Positions 52,347 to 62,978 of a stretch of DNA of 64,000 bases are shown in pieces. Made by a program: the position numbers and the translations under genes. Each line of letters begins with the position of its first letter. Position 1 is the first letter of the stretch. The stretch spans positions 11,170 through 75,169 of the forward strand of contig CAJJCP010000015.1 of NCBI GenBank assembly GCA_905182715.1. The letters are read 5' to 3'. This stretch comes from an uncultured Candidatus Poseidoniales archaeon. Lineage in GTDB: Archaea; Thermoplasmatota; Poseidoniia; Poseidoniales; Poseidoniaceae. Below the pieces are notes generated by a model, which saw nothing but the letters and a program-made list of their open reading frames with translations, made no database searches and was not told where the DNA came from.

Positions 52347-53756
52347 TTACGCAGTGTTCGTGTTACGGATTTCGGGGGTTTGGTCTGATATCAAAAATTC
52401 AAGCATTGCAGCCCACATGACAAATTCGATTGATTTTTCGAGTTCATCTTGCCCTCCGACAACAGATACCATGTTGTCGAGAGTATCACTCGGTGAATGG
52501 TAGGCATCATAGTCATCATCATATGCTCCGAGGTGGAATATCGTTTGGGCTCCTAAGTCACGGAACGTCACGTGGTCTGAACGTCCAAAAGTATCCTCGT
52601 GGACATCCATGACAAGGTTGTAATGTTCGTCCCAGTGTTGGTCACATCCTGCGCCGTAGGTCCCATCGATGGTGAGGTTCATTGGTGCTTTCAATATGTT
52701 ACGATGCACATGGTCCATGACGGCGGAAATCTCCACATCATCCACTTCAGGGTCTAAGTCTGGGCCGGACCATGCGTGGTATGGAAACGGTTCGCCGGAC
52801 TCTTTCATGGCAGGCCATGAGATGCCCATCATATCCATGTTGATGTAAAATCGTAATTCTTTGTCTTGAGGAAGGCAGTAGTCGCAATCGTTGTTGGCAA
52901 ATGCGTTTGATCCTCGCAGTCCTTCTTCTTCAGACGACCAGAGGGCGAGGAATGTATCGCATTCAAACTCGATATCGACAAAGGCTCGTGCAAACAGCAT
53001 CATGGCGACGGTGCCAGCATTGTTGTCGTAGGCTCCTTCGTAAGTGCCGCCACCGGGGGGCCCGCCTGGTGGTGCAATGTCCATGTGTGCTCCCATGCCT
53101 TGTACGCAATCGCTGCTTCGACCGTCCTTCCAAGCGATGATGTTGAGTGATTCAGGTTGTGTTGGGTTCAAGTGGTCTGTGACTCGCATGATGTTTGCTT
53201 CATACCCCAGTCCTTCGAAGTGACCGTGGAAGTAGCTTGCTGCACGTTCAAACGCAGGATTTGGTGAACCCATCCAACGGTTGACATATCCGCCGCATTG
53301 GCTGGAATCAGTGCAAACGGACAGAATGAAGTCCATCTTGTCATACCAATCTTGGCCGTTAACTATGGGTGTTCCATTTTCGACTTCAAGGTCCACTGAG
53401 GCTCCGGTTCCATCGGCAAACACGAGAATGAGTGTGGTTGAGGTGACGTAGGGGGTAGTGAGGATTTTACCATTGAGTAACTTATCACCTTGTACTTGGA
53501 TCACGCCGAGTGGCACAATGCTGTCGTTCACGAACAGTAATACATCTTCTGGCACGACCAGTCGATTTCCTTCGCCTTCAAGTGTGAATGTATGCCATTC
53601 GCCGCTCCTTAGAGCAATATCTCCCGCAGGTTCGAAATCGATGAATAAAATTTCACCGGCATCTTGGACTTCTTTTTCATTTTCACCAAAGCAACCAGCA
53701 AGCGGCGCCAGGAGCATCAAAGTGATGAGCGAGAAAGCGCGTAGAGAGTTGAACAT
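52347..53756 (-). CDS. Secreted/lipoprotein M28-family metallo-aminopeptidase
   Basis: The leader is LLAPLAGCFG. Motifs are GAHMDIAPPG, GAYDNNAGTVAMMLFARAF, ALWSSEEEGLRGSNAF and RSDHVTF. Confidence 0.75.
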   Translation of the reverse strand: MFNSLRAFSLITLMLLAPLAGCFGENEKEVQDAGEILFIDFEPAGDIALRSGEWHTFTLEGEGNRLVVPEDVLLFVNDSIVPLGVIQVQGDKLLNGKILTTPYVTSTTLILVFADGTGASVDLEVENGTPIVNGQDWYDKMDFILSVCTDSSQCGGYVNRWMGSPNPAFERAASYFHGHFEGLGYEANIMRVTDHLNPTQPESLNIIAWKDGRSSDCVQGMGAHMDIAPPGGPPGGGTYEGAYDNNAGTVAMMLFARAFVDIEFECDTFLALWSSEEEGLRGSNAFANNDCDYCLPQDKELRFYINMDMMGISWPAMKESGEPFPYHAWSGPDLDPEVDDVEISAVMDHVHRNILKAPMNLTIDGTYGAGCDQHWDEHYNLVMDVHEDTFGRSDHVTFRDLGAQTIFHLGAYDDDYDAYHSPSDTLDNMVSVVGGQDELEKSIEFVMWAAMLEFLISDQTPEIRNTNTA

Positions 53757-53907
53757 GGTGACCAGTAGAACATGGCCACTCCTTTCTGTTCTTAGGGCTT
53801 CGCCTTTCGTGGTAAGATTCGAAGGCTCCGATGCAATGCAGGGAGTTTTTCATTCCGTCGTAAAAGGCAGGTAGCCAGGTTCATTAACCGATGTTCAAGG
53901 CAACACT

Positions 53908-54165
53908 ATGGAACGTAAACAATGGGGGATTTTCTTCATTGCGCTTTCTTGTTTCTTCTACGCTGCTCTCTTCACGATTCCTTTTCTCTCAATGACGAAG
54001 GCGCAAAGTGGAGTTCTTGCAACCTGCCTGGTCATTCTAGGTGAAGTCTCATTTGCAGTTGGAGGCATCATTGCTGGAAAGAGCCTTGTGGCAGATTTCC
54101 GAAGCAAATTTATACCTAAGCGCTTTCAAAAGAGAAGCGAACCTCATTTGTTCGAGGAAGAGTAA
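53908..54165 (+). CDS. Small two-TM membrane protein, unknown function
   Basis: Hydrophobic segments are GIFFIALSCFFYAALFTIPFL and VLATCLVILGEVSFAVGGIIAG. Confidence 0.4.
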   Translation: MERKQWGIFFIALSCFFYAALFTIPFLSMTKAQSGVLATCLVILGEVSFAVGGIIAGKSLVADFRSKFIPKRFQKRSEPHLFEEE

Positions 54166-54246
54166 CTGCTTCGCTTTCGTGAACTTCATATAGGGTAACC
54201 CAATCCGCAGTATGTAACCGATGGTTAAGTAGTCGAGGTGAAGAAG

Positions 54247-54966
54247 ATGTCAGGTAACGATGATTTCGAGGAAAAATTGATTGAACAGATCACGGAATTG
54301 TTCCGGAATATGGGCATGAACCTCGATAAAAAGCAGATTCGGGCATTGATGGAGCAATTCCGTTCTCAATTCGAAAGTCTTGGTCTCGATGCTGAAAAAA
54401 TCGCCAAAGGTGATGTTAATTTCAATTTCGACCTGTCACAACTGAGTAAGATGTTTGAAAAAGGAAAGTCCATGGAGGATATTTTGAAAAATTTAGGTGT
54501 CGATGTTCAAGTTGATGCGAATCCAATCGAAGTTGACATGCCAGAGATTGCTGAGTTAACCGACAACCTCTACAAATTACCGGCCGACGATGTCTATCTC
54601 GATGGATGGAACATGTCTGTGACCATCGACATCACGCTCAAAGAAGATGTCGAAGAACCCGAACTCGAACTTTCTCTCATCCACGATGGCCATCAATTAG
54701 AAATCTTGAAGCAAACACAAACCTCTCCGTTAGCCCGTGTAGAATTACCTCATCCATGTGATGAAGTGGTTGAATGGTCTCTTAACAATGGCATTCTCGA
54801 CGTCACACTCAAACTCACGCCCCAAGGCTCTGCCGTACCTGAACTCGATGATGGCGACGAAGACGAAGGCGATGATGCCGATGAAGTACCGGATACCCCT
54901 GACGTACATCTCGACCTTGGTGAAGACCGAGATGATGATGACGACGGTGGAATTCCAATTTTTTGA
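54247..54966 (+). CDS. Hsp20/alpha-crystallin-like domain protein with N-terminal helical region and poly-acidic tail ending in an I-x-I motif
   Basis: [26 protein letters not shown] resembles the LP..vd...i.A...nGvL.i.lpk strand pair of small HSPs. The terminus is ..[14 protein letters not shown] 54247 is preceded by GAGGTG; the ORF is open from GTG 54238. Confidence 0.5.
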   Translation: MSGNDDFEEKLIEQITELFRNMGMNLDKKQIRALMEQFRSQFESLGLDAEKIAKGDVNFNFDLSQLSKMFEKGKSMEDILKNLGVDVQVDANPIEVDMPEIAELTDNLYKLPADDVYLDGWNMSVTIDITLKEDVEEPELELSLIHDGHQLEILKQTQTSPLARVELPHPCDEVVEWSLNNGILDVTLKLTPQGSAVPELDDGDEDEGDDADEVPDTPDVHLDLGEDRDDDDDGGIPIF

Positions 54967-54986
54967 AGAAAAAGGAAGTGAAATAT

Positions 54987-56879
54987 ATGAGCAAAGTGAT
55001 AGGAATAGATCTTGGAACAACGAACAGTTGTGTAGCGACCATTGAGAACGGCGAACCCGTTGTCATTGCGAATGCAGAAGGTGCACGAACAACCCCCTCG
55101 GTTGTCGCTTTTGCTAAAGACGGTAGTGAACGTATGATTGGTGTAACTGCAAAGAGACAAGCGGTAACCAACATTGACCGAACTTTGCTTTCAGTAAAGC
55201 GTCATATGGGTACCGATTGGAAAACGACCATTGACGATGTTGATTATACTCCACAAGAGATTTCAGCCTTTATTCTTCAAAAGTTGAAGGCAGATGCTGA
55301 AGCTTACCTCGGACACGAAGTCAAGCAAGCGGTCATCACCTGCCCTGCATATTTCACAGATGCACAACGAACTGCAACCAAAGATGCAGGACGTATTGCT
55401 GGACTTGAAGTTCTACGAATCATCAACGAACCAACTGCAGCAGCTCTCGCCTATGGCGTCGACAAAGGAGAAGACCAAACGATTCTGGTTTACGACCTGG
55501 GTGGTGGAACCTTTGACGTATCAGTTTTGGAGATTTATCAAGTCGATGGCCAACCTCAAATTGAAGTCAAAGCCACAGCGGGTAACAACAAACTCGGTGG
55601 AGATGATTTCGATGACCTTGTCATCGAATGGATGGTCGCTGAATTCAAGCGTGATACTGGTATCGATCTGTCAAAAGATGTTCAAGCAATGTCACGACTT
55701 AAGGAAGCAGCTGAAAAAGCGAAGATTGAACTTTCTGGTACTCAACAAACTCAGATTAATCTTCCGTTCATTACCATGCGAGACGGTCAACCAGAACATA
55801 TGGACATGACCTTGAGCCGTGCGAAATTCGAAGACCTTGTCTCGAAGTTGATTGAAAAAACAATGGGTCCAACCCGTCAAGCAATGAAAGACGCTGGTGT
55901 CAAGAAAGGCGATGTTGACAAAGTGATTCTTGTCGGTGGTTCAACCCGTGTACCTGCAGTTCAAGAAGCAGTTGAAAAAGAAGCTGGAAAGGCACCTTAC
56001 AAAGGAATCAACCCTGACGAAGCAGTGGCAATGGGTGCTGCGCTCCAAGCAGGTATCATTTCCGGTGATGAAGGAGTTTCTGACATCTTGTTACTCGACG
56101 TCACACCTCTTACGCTCGGAATTGAAACGCTCGGTGGTGTTATGACGACAATGATTGAACGAAATACCACCATTCCCGCTCGTCGCTCAGAGATTTACTC
56201 AACAGCAAGCGACAACCAACCGGCAGTTACCATTCACGTTCTACAAGGCGAACGAAACTTTGCTAAGGACAACGTAACACTCGGAGAATTCACTCTCATG
56301 GGAATTCCAGCAGCACCACGTGGAACTCCACAAATCGAAGTTACCTTCGATATCGATGCGAACGGAATTGTCGATGTCAGTGCCAAAGATATGGGGACTG
56401 GTAAGGAACAGTCAGTGAAGATTGAAGCTCAAACCTCACTTTCTGAAGATGAAATTCAAGCAAAGATCAGTGAAGCAGAAAAGTTTGCGGAAGAAGATCA
56501 ATTGCGCAAGGCGAAAGTTGAACTCCGAAACATGGCAGACCAAGTTGTCTATCAAACCCGTCGAACTCTCGACGAATCAGCAGACAAACTCGATGATGCA
56601 GATGTAGATCCAGTGAAGGAACACCTTGATGCATTGGAAAAGATGGTTCAAGATGATGACGGTAAACCTCTTGAAATCGATGATATCGATGACGCTGCAA
56701 TTCAAGCGAAAGTCAAGGAAGTTGAAGAAGCAATGCATGCAGTTTCCGCAAAACTCTACGAAGCTGCTGCTGCTGAAATGGCTGAACAAGACGGTTCATC
56801 GGAAGATGGCGATATCGATGTCGGTGGCGATGATGTGGTCGATGCAGACTTTGAAGTCGTCGAAGATGACGAAGATTGA
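54987..56879 (+). CDS. dnaK: Molecular chaperone DnaK (Hsp70)
   Basis: Motifs are [43 protein letters not shown] and an acidic C-terminus. GGAAGTGA lies 5 nt upstream of the ATG at 54987. Confidence 0.95.
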   Translation: MSKVIGIDLGTTNSCVATIENGEPVVIANAEGARTTPSVVAFAKDGSERMIGVTAKRQAVTNIDRTLLSVKRHMGTDWKTTIDDVDYTPQEISAFILQKLKADAEAYLGHEVKQAVITCPAYFTDAQRTATKDAGRIAGLEVLRIINEPTAAALAYGVDKGEDQTILVYDLGGGTFDVSVLEIYQVDGQPQIEVKATAGNNKLGGDDFDDLVIEWMVAEFKRDTGIDLSKDVQAMSRLKEAAEKAKIELSGTQQTQINLPFITMRDGQPEHMDMTLSRAKFEDLVSKLIEKTMGPTRQAMKDAGVKKGDVDKVILVGGSTRVPAVQEAVEKEAGKAPYKGINPDEAVAMGAALQAGIISGDEGVSDILLLDVTPLTLGIETLGGVMTTMIERNTTIPARRSEIYSTASDNQPAVTIHVLQGERNFAKDNVTLGEFTLMGIPAAPRGTPQIEVTFDIDANGIVDVSAKDMGTGKEQSVKIEAQTSLSEDEIQAKISEAEKFAEEDQLRKAKVELRNMADQVVYQTRRTLDESADKLDDADVDPVKEHLDALEKMVQDDDGKPLEIDDIDDAAIQAKVKEVEEAMHAVSAKLYEAAAAEMAEQDGSSEDGDIDVGGDDVVDADFEVVEDDED

Positions 56880-56930
56880 GTCAACCTCGACTATCGTTGA
56901 ACTTATGGCGAAGAGTTTGGTGGCTGTGCT

Positions 56931-58520
56931 ATGAGCGATGCCCCCATTCTCAAGGACACCGAGCGTACTTCGGGACGCAGTGCTCTTCAGAACAACATTC
57001 AGGCGGCAATGGCTCTGGCTGGCGCAGTACGTTCAACTCTTGGCCCTCGAGGACTTGATAAATTACTGATTGACGATGACGGACGAACTCTTGTTACCAA
57101 CGATGGTGTTACGGTTCTTGAATCTGCGAAAGTGGAACACCCTGTCGCTCGTATGATGATTAATGCCTCTTCAGTTCAGGATAAGATCGCTCGAGATGGA
57201 ACAACTTCAACCGTTCTTATGTCGGCTGAAATGTTGCAAAATGCTTGGCATTTAGTCACACAAGATGTCCATCCAGCCATTATCGCACGCGGATTTAGAA
57301 TGGCAGAGGCCTATGCCCATGAAGTTCTTATTGAATTGGCCCTTCATTCCGAACATCACCACCGCTTACTTGCTGCACAAACTTCACTTGCAGGTAAAGG
57401 GCATCAGTCTATGCAATTATTACTTGCTCAACTTGCCGTTGATGCTGCTGAAGCCATTCAAATGACCACTCCTGCTGGTATTGTGGCAGATCCAACTCGT
57501 GTCAAAATATTACCCCAATCCGGTGGTAGCATTAACGATACACGATTGGTGACTGGATTGGTTTTGGCAAAAAACCGAATCCATGAAGATATGCCTCGTG
57601 TGGCAGGTGCTGGAAAAGTTCTTCTCGTCGATGGCGGAATCGAACGTCGTTCAATGAAAAACGATATGAAAATCAATGTCACCTCTCAAGGCGTCTTTGA
57701 AAGTTTCCGAGCCAAGGAAGTCGAATTGCTTCAACAACAAGTCGAACATCTCAAAGAACTCGGAATTGGACTCCTTGCTTGCAAAGAAGGTATTGATGAA
57801 GAAGCCCGAGTTCTTCTTGCTAAAGCTGGAATTCAAGCCTTCCGCAGAGTCGCCCGGTCCGATTTAGATCTTCTTGCACGGGGCTGTGGCGCGACCCTTG
57901 TCTCTGAAGTAAAGCGTTCCAAAGAATCCGATTTAGGCGCTTTTATTTCGAGTAAAAACGAAACATGGGGTAGCGTAGCACATTGGATTGTTGAGACCGA
58001 GGAAGGCGGTGCTACACTGATTGCCTGTGGAAGCACTGAAACAGTACTGGGTGAAGTTGAGCGAAGTTTTGCAGATGCCTTAGGAGTTGCATGCCGGATG
58101 TTAGAAGACCCACGTTTGATGGCAGGTGGAGGTGCGACACACGTTGCTTTAGCACGTCGACTACGTCGCTTTGCTGAATCAATTCCTGGCCGTGAACAAC
58201 TCGGGGCAGAGGCCTTTGCAGATGCCCTTGAAGTCATCCCGAGAGTTTTGGCAGAAAATGCAGGTCTGGACCCAATCGATACTCTGTTACAATTGGTTGC
58301 AGCACAGGTGAACGGTGGAGAAGATTCCCATTATCTTGGATTAGACCTGTTGAACCGTAGGCCTGCAAACATGGTCGAACAAGGCATTCTCGAACCTTAT
58401 TTGATTGCTCGTCAATCTATCGCTGGCGCAACCGAAGCAGCCATTTCTATTCTTCGAATCGATGATGTGTTGTGGGCAAGACAAGACCCCACAATGGCCG
58501 AAGTCCCAGAAATGGAATAA
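56931..58520 (+). CDS. ths: Thermosome subunit (group II chaperonin)
   Basis: Motifs are LGPRGLDKLL, TNDGVTVLESAKVEHPVARMM, ARDGTTSTV (a variant of GDGTTT) and GGGATHVALA. Confidence 0.9.
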   Translation: MSDAPILKDTERTSGRSALQNNIQAAMALAGAVRSTLGPRGLDKLLIDDDGRTLVTNDGVTVLESAKVEHPVARMMINASSVQDKIARDGTTSTVLMSAEMLQNAWHLVTQDVHPAIIARGFRMAEAYAHEVLIELALHSEHHHRLLAAQTSLAGKGHQSMQLLLAQLAVDAAEAIQMTTPAGIVADPTRVKILPQSGGSINDTRLVTGLVLAKNRIHEDMPRVAGAGKVLLVDGGIERRSMKNDMKINVTSQGVFESFRAKEVELLQQQVEHLKELGIGLLACKEGIDEEARVLLAKAGIQAFRRVARSDLDLLARGCGATLVSEVKRSKESDLGAFISSKNETWGSVAHWIVETEEGGATLIACGSTETVLGEVERSFADALGVACRMLEDPRLMAGGGATHVALARRLRRFAESIPGREQLGAEAFADALEVIPRVLAENAGLDPIDTLLQLVAAQVNGGEDSHYLGLDLLNRRPANMVEQGILEPYLIARQSIAGATEAAISILRIDDVLWARQDPTMAEVPEME

Positions 58521-60164
58521 GTGTCCAAACGTTATCCTTCTCCTGATGAAGGGGTAGTTGTTTCAAATAGGGGTCGAAAAGAACAACATCTGATGGGAAC
58601 TGATAGTCAAACCTGCGTTGGTATCGATGACATTGCCATTCACTTCCCACGTTTGTACATGGATATGAGGGATTTCGCAGAATTGCGAGGTGCCGACTTT
58701 GGCAAGTTAAACAAGGGGCTCGGTCTTGAAGCCATGTCTATTCCTGATGTTCACGAGGATACTGCAACGATGGGCGCTATGGCGGTCATGCAAATCATTG
58801 ACCGTAATGGGCTTGACCCAAATACGATAGGTCGTATGTATCTTGGAACTGAATCTGCTTTGGATGGTGCCAAACCCACCGCTACATACATTGTGGACAT
58901 GCTCACTCAACGCTATGAAGAACGCTATGGCTCCGATTGCTTCAGAAACTGTGATGTCGTCGACATGACCTTCGCTTGTATTGGTGCTGTAGACGCCTTA
59001 CATACGACCCTTGACTGGGTCGCTCGCTCAAACGAAAACGATGAACGAATCGGAATTGTGATCTTCTCAGACAATGCCAAATATGCTTTGGAATCTTCTG
59101 GCGAATACACACAAGGTGCCGGTGGCGGTGCGTTACTCATTCGTAGAAATCCTCGACTTCTCGAGATTCCAGATTGCTTTGGCGTCTCGACAACACCGGT
59201 TCACGATTTCTTCAAACCTCGGCGAGAAGTTAGCATTCGTTCTGTGATTACGAACGTCATGCAACTTGCTCAAGAAACCGGTCAAACAATGAAGAAAGGC
59301 CTCATTGAAAGAATGATTCGTCATTTACCAGAATCAACAGTTCGGAAATTAGGAATCTTTGCTCACGGTGAACAAAAAGTCAGCGTTCACCGAGATGACC
59401 CAATTTTCGATGGCCAATACTCCAATCGCTGTTACCAAGACGCCGTCCGACAAGCTTTCCACAATTTCTCTATGAAATCAGAAAAGCAAGGCCGATATAA
59501 TCACCAAAAAGATATCCGCCTTACGGAGCAATGGTCACGCATCATCATGCATTTACCGTATGCTTTCCAAGCGAAGCGGATGTTCCCTGACATCTTTAGG
59601 CACGACCGCCAAGATACAGAATATTGGAAGTCGATTGCTGAACAACTTGGCCCTATGCCTGCGGAACATAACTCCGAAGACCCTCTCATCATCGAGATTT
59701 GGGAGAAAGCCATGGATGGTTATCGTCGAGCCATTTCCAAAACTCCAGAATACCTTGATTTCCATGCGAGCCGAATTGAAAAGGGACAGCGAGCAAGTAG
59801 CTTGATTGGAAACCAATACACCGGCTCAATCTTCCTTGCACTGATGTCCACCTTTGAGTCAGATTTGGAAGAGAACAGCAACCTTGACAATGAATTGTTC
59901 GGTCTATGTGGCTACGGTTCTGGCGCTAAAGCAAAAGTATTCGAAGGAAAAGTAAGTCCACGTTGGAGAGAAGTTGTTTCTCGGTGGCATTTGTTTGAAC
60001 GTCTTGGTGGCCGTGTTGCCATTGACCATATCACCTATGAGAATCTCCACAAGGGCTTGCAAGACGACAGTGTCGTCACTCCAAAGAGTGAGTTTGCTCT
60101 CATTGAGATCGGTGATGAAGGTGTCGATGAAGGCGCACGTCGTTACAAATGGATTGGCGCTTAA
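58521..60164 (+). CDS. Hydroxymethylglutaryl-CoA synthase, long bacterial/eukaryal-like form
   Basis: Motifs are VGIDDIAIHFPRLYMDMRDFAELRG, YLGTESALDGAKP (catalytic Glu region), MTFACIGAV (Cys), QGAGGGALLI, GNQYTGSIFL and GYGSGAKA. The start is either GTG 58521 or ATG 58593. Confidence 0.85.
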   Translation: MSKRYPSPDEGVVVSNRGRKEQHLMGTDSQTCVGIDDIAIHFPRLYMDMRDFAELRGADFGKLNKGLGLEAMSIPDVHEDTATMGAMAVMQIIDRNGLDPNTIGRMYLGTESALDGAKPTATYIVDMLTQRYEERYGSDCFRNCDVVDMTFACIGAVDALHTTLDWVARSNENDERIGIVIFSDNAKYALESSGEYTQGAGGGALLIRRNPRLLEIPDCFGVSTTPVHDFFKPRREVSIRSVITNVMQLAQETGQTMKKGLIERMIRHLPESTVRKLGIFAHGEQKVSVHRDDPIFDGQYSNRCYQDAVRQAFHNFSMKSEKQGRYNHQKDIRLTEQWSRIIMHLPYAFQAKRMFPDIFRHDRQDTEYWKSIAEQLGPMPAEHNSEDPLIIEIWEKAMDGYRRAISKTPEYLDFHASRIEKGQRASSLIGNQYTGSIFLALMSTFESDLEENSNLDNELFGLCGYGSGAKAKVFEGKVSPRWREVVSRWHLFERLGGRVAIDHITYENLHKGLQDDSVVTPKSEFALIEIGDEGVDEGARRYKWIGA

Positions 60165-61216
60165 GCAAAATCCAAGACGACCTTTCCGCATTTGCCAGAA
60201 ATTGCTAATTCTACAGCTTGTTCAAAGTCATCAATTGACATTCGGTGAGTGAGAACGGCATTGACATCGATAAGTCCTTGCTCAAGTAAATCGTGCATTG
60301 TATCCCAAGTCGACCACATCTTTCGCCCATTGATACCCTTGATGTGGAGATAACGGAACACAACTTCGTTCATTGGAACTTCTGGCATTGAGTTTCCATA
60401 CACGGAGAGGATGTTGACATAACCGCCCATGCGAGTACTATGAACAGTATTCGCCAATGCTTGTGGTGAGCCTGAGAACTCACACGAGTTGTCCACGCCT
60501 CTTCCATCAGTTGCTGCCAAGATTTCTGAAACAACATCATCATCCTTTCCGAGAACAAGATCTGCACCTAAGTCCCTTGCCAATTCCATACGGTAGGTAT
60601 TGTCCCAATCCACGGCAATGATTTTTTTGGCTCCCATCGCTTTTGCAGCATTGACAGCAAACAACCCAATTGGTCCAAGACCATGAATCGCAACGGTAGC
60701 CCCATCTATTGGTCCGCCGGTTAATGTGTGTATTGCATTCCCTAAAGGGTCCTGGATTGAAGCATGCCCGGGGTCGAGGCCTTTCGGAATGTGACGTGCA
60801 TTGACAGATGGGATGACGAAGTATGGGCCAAAAGCCCCGTGGTTGTGAACTCCAAAGATTGAACCATTTTCACAAATATGTGCGTTTCCTTCATCGCACC
60901 GAGGGCAATTCCAACAGGCGAGATGACATTCAATAGCAACCAAATCTCCTATTTTATGAGTATTCACACCTTCTCCTAAGCCAACGACTTCTCCACATGT
61001 TTCATGTCCAGTAATTGTGCCAAGTGGCACATTTTCACGGCTCCATTGGTCCCACTTCCAAATATGGATGTCAGTACCGCATACTGAAGTTGAATGTGTT
61101 TTGACTAAGACTTCGCCGTTCGAAGGGGCAGGGACTGGGTGCTCGATTCGAGTAAAACCCCCAGGCGTATCCGCCGTTTTAGTCCAAGCGAACATGGTTG
61201 TTGGAACTTCGTTCAT
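60161..61216 (-). CDS. tdh: L-threonine 3-dehydrogenase (Zn-dependent MDR family)
   Basis: VCGTDIHIWKWDQWS parallels the E. coli Tdh region. GHETCGEVVGLG, CWNCPRCDEGNAHIC (structural Zn site) and HGLGPIGL are present. I prefer the ATG at 61216; the ORF is open to 61291. Its stop overlaps the HMG-CoA synthase stop (TTAA). Confidence 0.8.
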   Translation of the reverse strand: MNEVPTTMFAWTKTADTPGGFTRIEHPVPAPSNGEVLVKTHSTSVCGTDIHIWKWDQWSRENVPLGTITGHETCGEVVGLGEGVNTHKIGDLVAIECHLACWNCPRCDEGNAHICENGSIFGVHNHGAFGPYFVIPSVNARHIPKGLDPGHASIQDPLGNAIHTLTGGPIDGATVAIHGLGPIGLFAVNAAKAMGAKKIIAVDWDNTYRMELARDLGADLVLGKDDDVVSEILAATDGRGVDNSCEFSGSPQALANTVHSTRMGGYVNILSVYGNSMPEVPMNEVVFRYLHIKGINGRKMWSTWDTMHDLLEQGLIDVNAVLTHRMSIDDFEQAVELAISGKCGKVVLDFA

Positions 61217-61345
61217 ACTTCCCCTCTCTTTGGTTTCAGTGCACCCACCCTTTGATTCTTCGCTCATTTCGTCATGCTCGAAAATTCTCATTCGAGAGGT
61301 ATGTTGATATGGGAGGCGCGACGGCCTAAAAGCCCGTTGATGTGC

Positions 61346-62977
61346 ATGAAGTACGTTGTTGTAAGCGGGGGAGTCCTTTCTGGTTTAGGGAAAGGCGTAA
61401 CCGCAAGCAGTATCGGTGTGCTCTTGAAAAGCGCTGGACTGCGAGTCACTTCTTTGAAAATAGATCCCTATCTTAACAGCGATGCTGGGACAATGTCACC
61501 GTTTGAACACGGCGAAGTTTTCGTTTTAGATGACGGTGGCGAGGTTGACCTTGACCTCGGAAACTATGAACGATTTTTGGACATCAATCTTGGTCGAGAC
61601 AACAATGTGACCACGGGGAAAATCTATTCTAAAGTAATCGAAGCAGAACGTCGTGGAGATTATCTTGGAAAAACAGTTCAAGTGATTCCTCATATTACCG
61701 GGGCTGTTCAAGATTGGCTGGAAGAAGTCGCTCATCGTCCTGCTGATGGTAGCGATGAAGCGCCCGATGCATGTATTATCGAATTGGGTGGGACCGTTGG
61801 CGACATCGAATCGGCACCTTACATCGAGGCTCTCCGACAATTCCAATTCCGAGTCGGCCGTGAAAACATCACTTTTGTCCATGTCTCATTGGTTCCAGTT
61901 ATGGGGCCGGTCGGTGAACAGAAGACGAAACCAACCCAGCACACAGTCAAAGAATTACGAGGCCTGGGCATTACTCCTGACATCCTCGTTTGTCGTTCAT
62001 CTGCACCTTTGAACGATGAAACGCGAGAAAAGTTGGCTGCATTTTGCCATGTATCTCCAGCAGCAGTCATGTCAACTCACGATGTCCCTAACATCTACCA
62101 TGTTCCCTTGATGCTGCATGAGCAAGGCTTGTGTGATATCCTCAAGGTCGATTGCGAGGTAACAGACCTCCTTCAGCGTTGGAGAGTCATGGCTCACCAT
62201 CTCGATACGTTGTCTGAAGAAGTTCATATTGCCATGGTTGGGAAATACACCAATTTGTCGGATGCCTATCTTTCAGTCATCAAGAGTTTACAGCATGCAG
62301 CAATGGCAGTTGACAGGAAATTGGTCATCGATTGGATTGAAGCAAGTCACCTTGAATCCGATTGGGAGAATGTAGATGAGCGAAAACAAGCTTGGGACTC
62401 ACTCAAGCAAGCTGCTGGAGTTTTGGTGCCAGGTGGCTTTGGCGACCGAGGTGTTGAAGGCAAGATTTTGGCGGCAGAGTATGCTCGAACATCTTCAACA
62501 CCCTACTTAGGAATCTGTCTCGGATTGCAAGTTGCAACCATTGAATTTTGTCGCAACGTGCTTGGTTTTGAGGACTCGAATTCCACAGAATTTGATGAGA
62601 ACTGCAAAAACCCAGCCGTGGTGTTCATGCCAGAAATTTCCAAAACCCATCTCGGTGGGACCATGCGACTGGGAAGTCGCCCTACGATATGGCAAGTTGA
62701 AGATTGTAAAATTCGAACTCTTTACGGAGAAGGTGAATCCGTTGATGAACGTCATCGCCATCGATATGAAGTCAATCCAGATATGATCGAATCTATTGAA
62801 TCAGCAGGTCTTGTCTTTGTTGGCAAAGATGAAACAGGTCAACGGTGTGAAATCTTTGAACTTGAAGGACATCCGTATTATGTTGGTGTACAATACCATC
62901 CAGAATTCAAGAGTCGTCCTGGCCGTCCAAGTCCGCCTTTCCTCGGCTTACTCAAGGCAGCAACTGGTCAGTTGTGA
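61346..62977 (+). CDS. pyrG: CTP synthase
   Basis: [24 protein letters not shown] is the canonical N-terminus. GICLGLQ carries the GATase Cys, and HRHRYEVN is present. The ORF is open from 61274. Confidence 0.95.
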   Translation: MKYVVVSGGVLSGLGKGVTASSIGVLLKSAGLRVTSLKIDPYLNSDAGTMSPFEHGEVFVLDDGGEVDLDLGNYERFLDINLGRDNNVTTGKIYSKVIEAERRGDYLGKTVQVIPHITGAVQDWLEEVAHRPADGSDEAPDACIIELGGTVGDIESAPYIEALRQFQFRVGRENITFVHVSLVPVMGPVGEQKTKPTQHTVKELRGLGITPDILVCRSSAPLNDETREKLAAFCHVSPAAVMSTHDVPNIYHVPLMLHEQGLCDILKVDCEVTDLLQRWRVMAHHLDTLSEEVHIAMVGKYTNLSDAYLSVIKSLQHAAMAVDRKLVIDWIEASHLESDWENVDERKQAWDSLKQAAGVLVPGGFGDRGVEGKILAAEYARTSSTPYLGICLGLQVATIEFCRNVLGFEDSNSTEFDENCKNPAVVFMPEISKTHLGGTMRLGSRPTIWQVEDCKIRTLYGEGESVDERHRHRYEVNPDMIESIESAGLVFVGKDETGQRCEIFELEGHPYYVGVQYHPEFKSRPGRPSPPFLGLLKAATGQL

Positions 62978-62978
62978 A

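Noticed and set aside
54745-55174. Three antisense ORFs across the acidic tail of the Hsp20-like gene and the dnaK start
   Set aside because: They are Ser/His/Arg-rich low-complexity translations of the reverse complement of a GAT/GAA-rich tract, which is an artefact.
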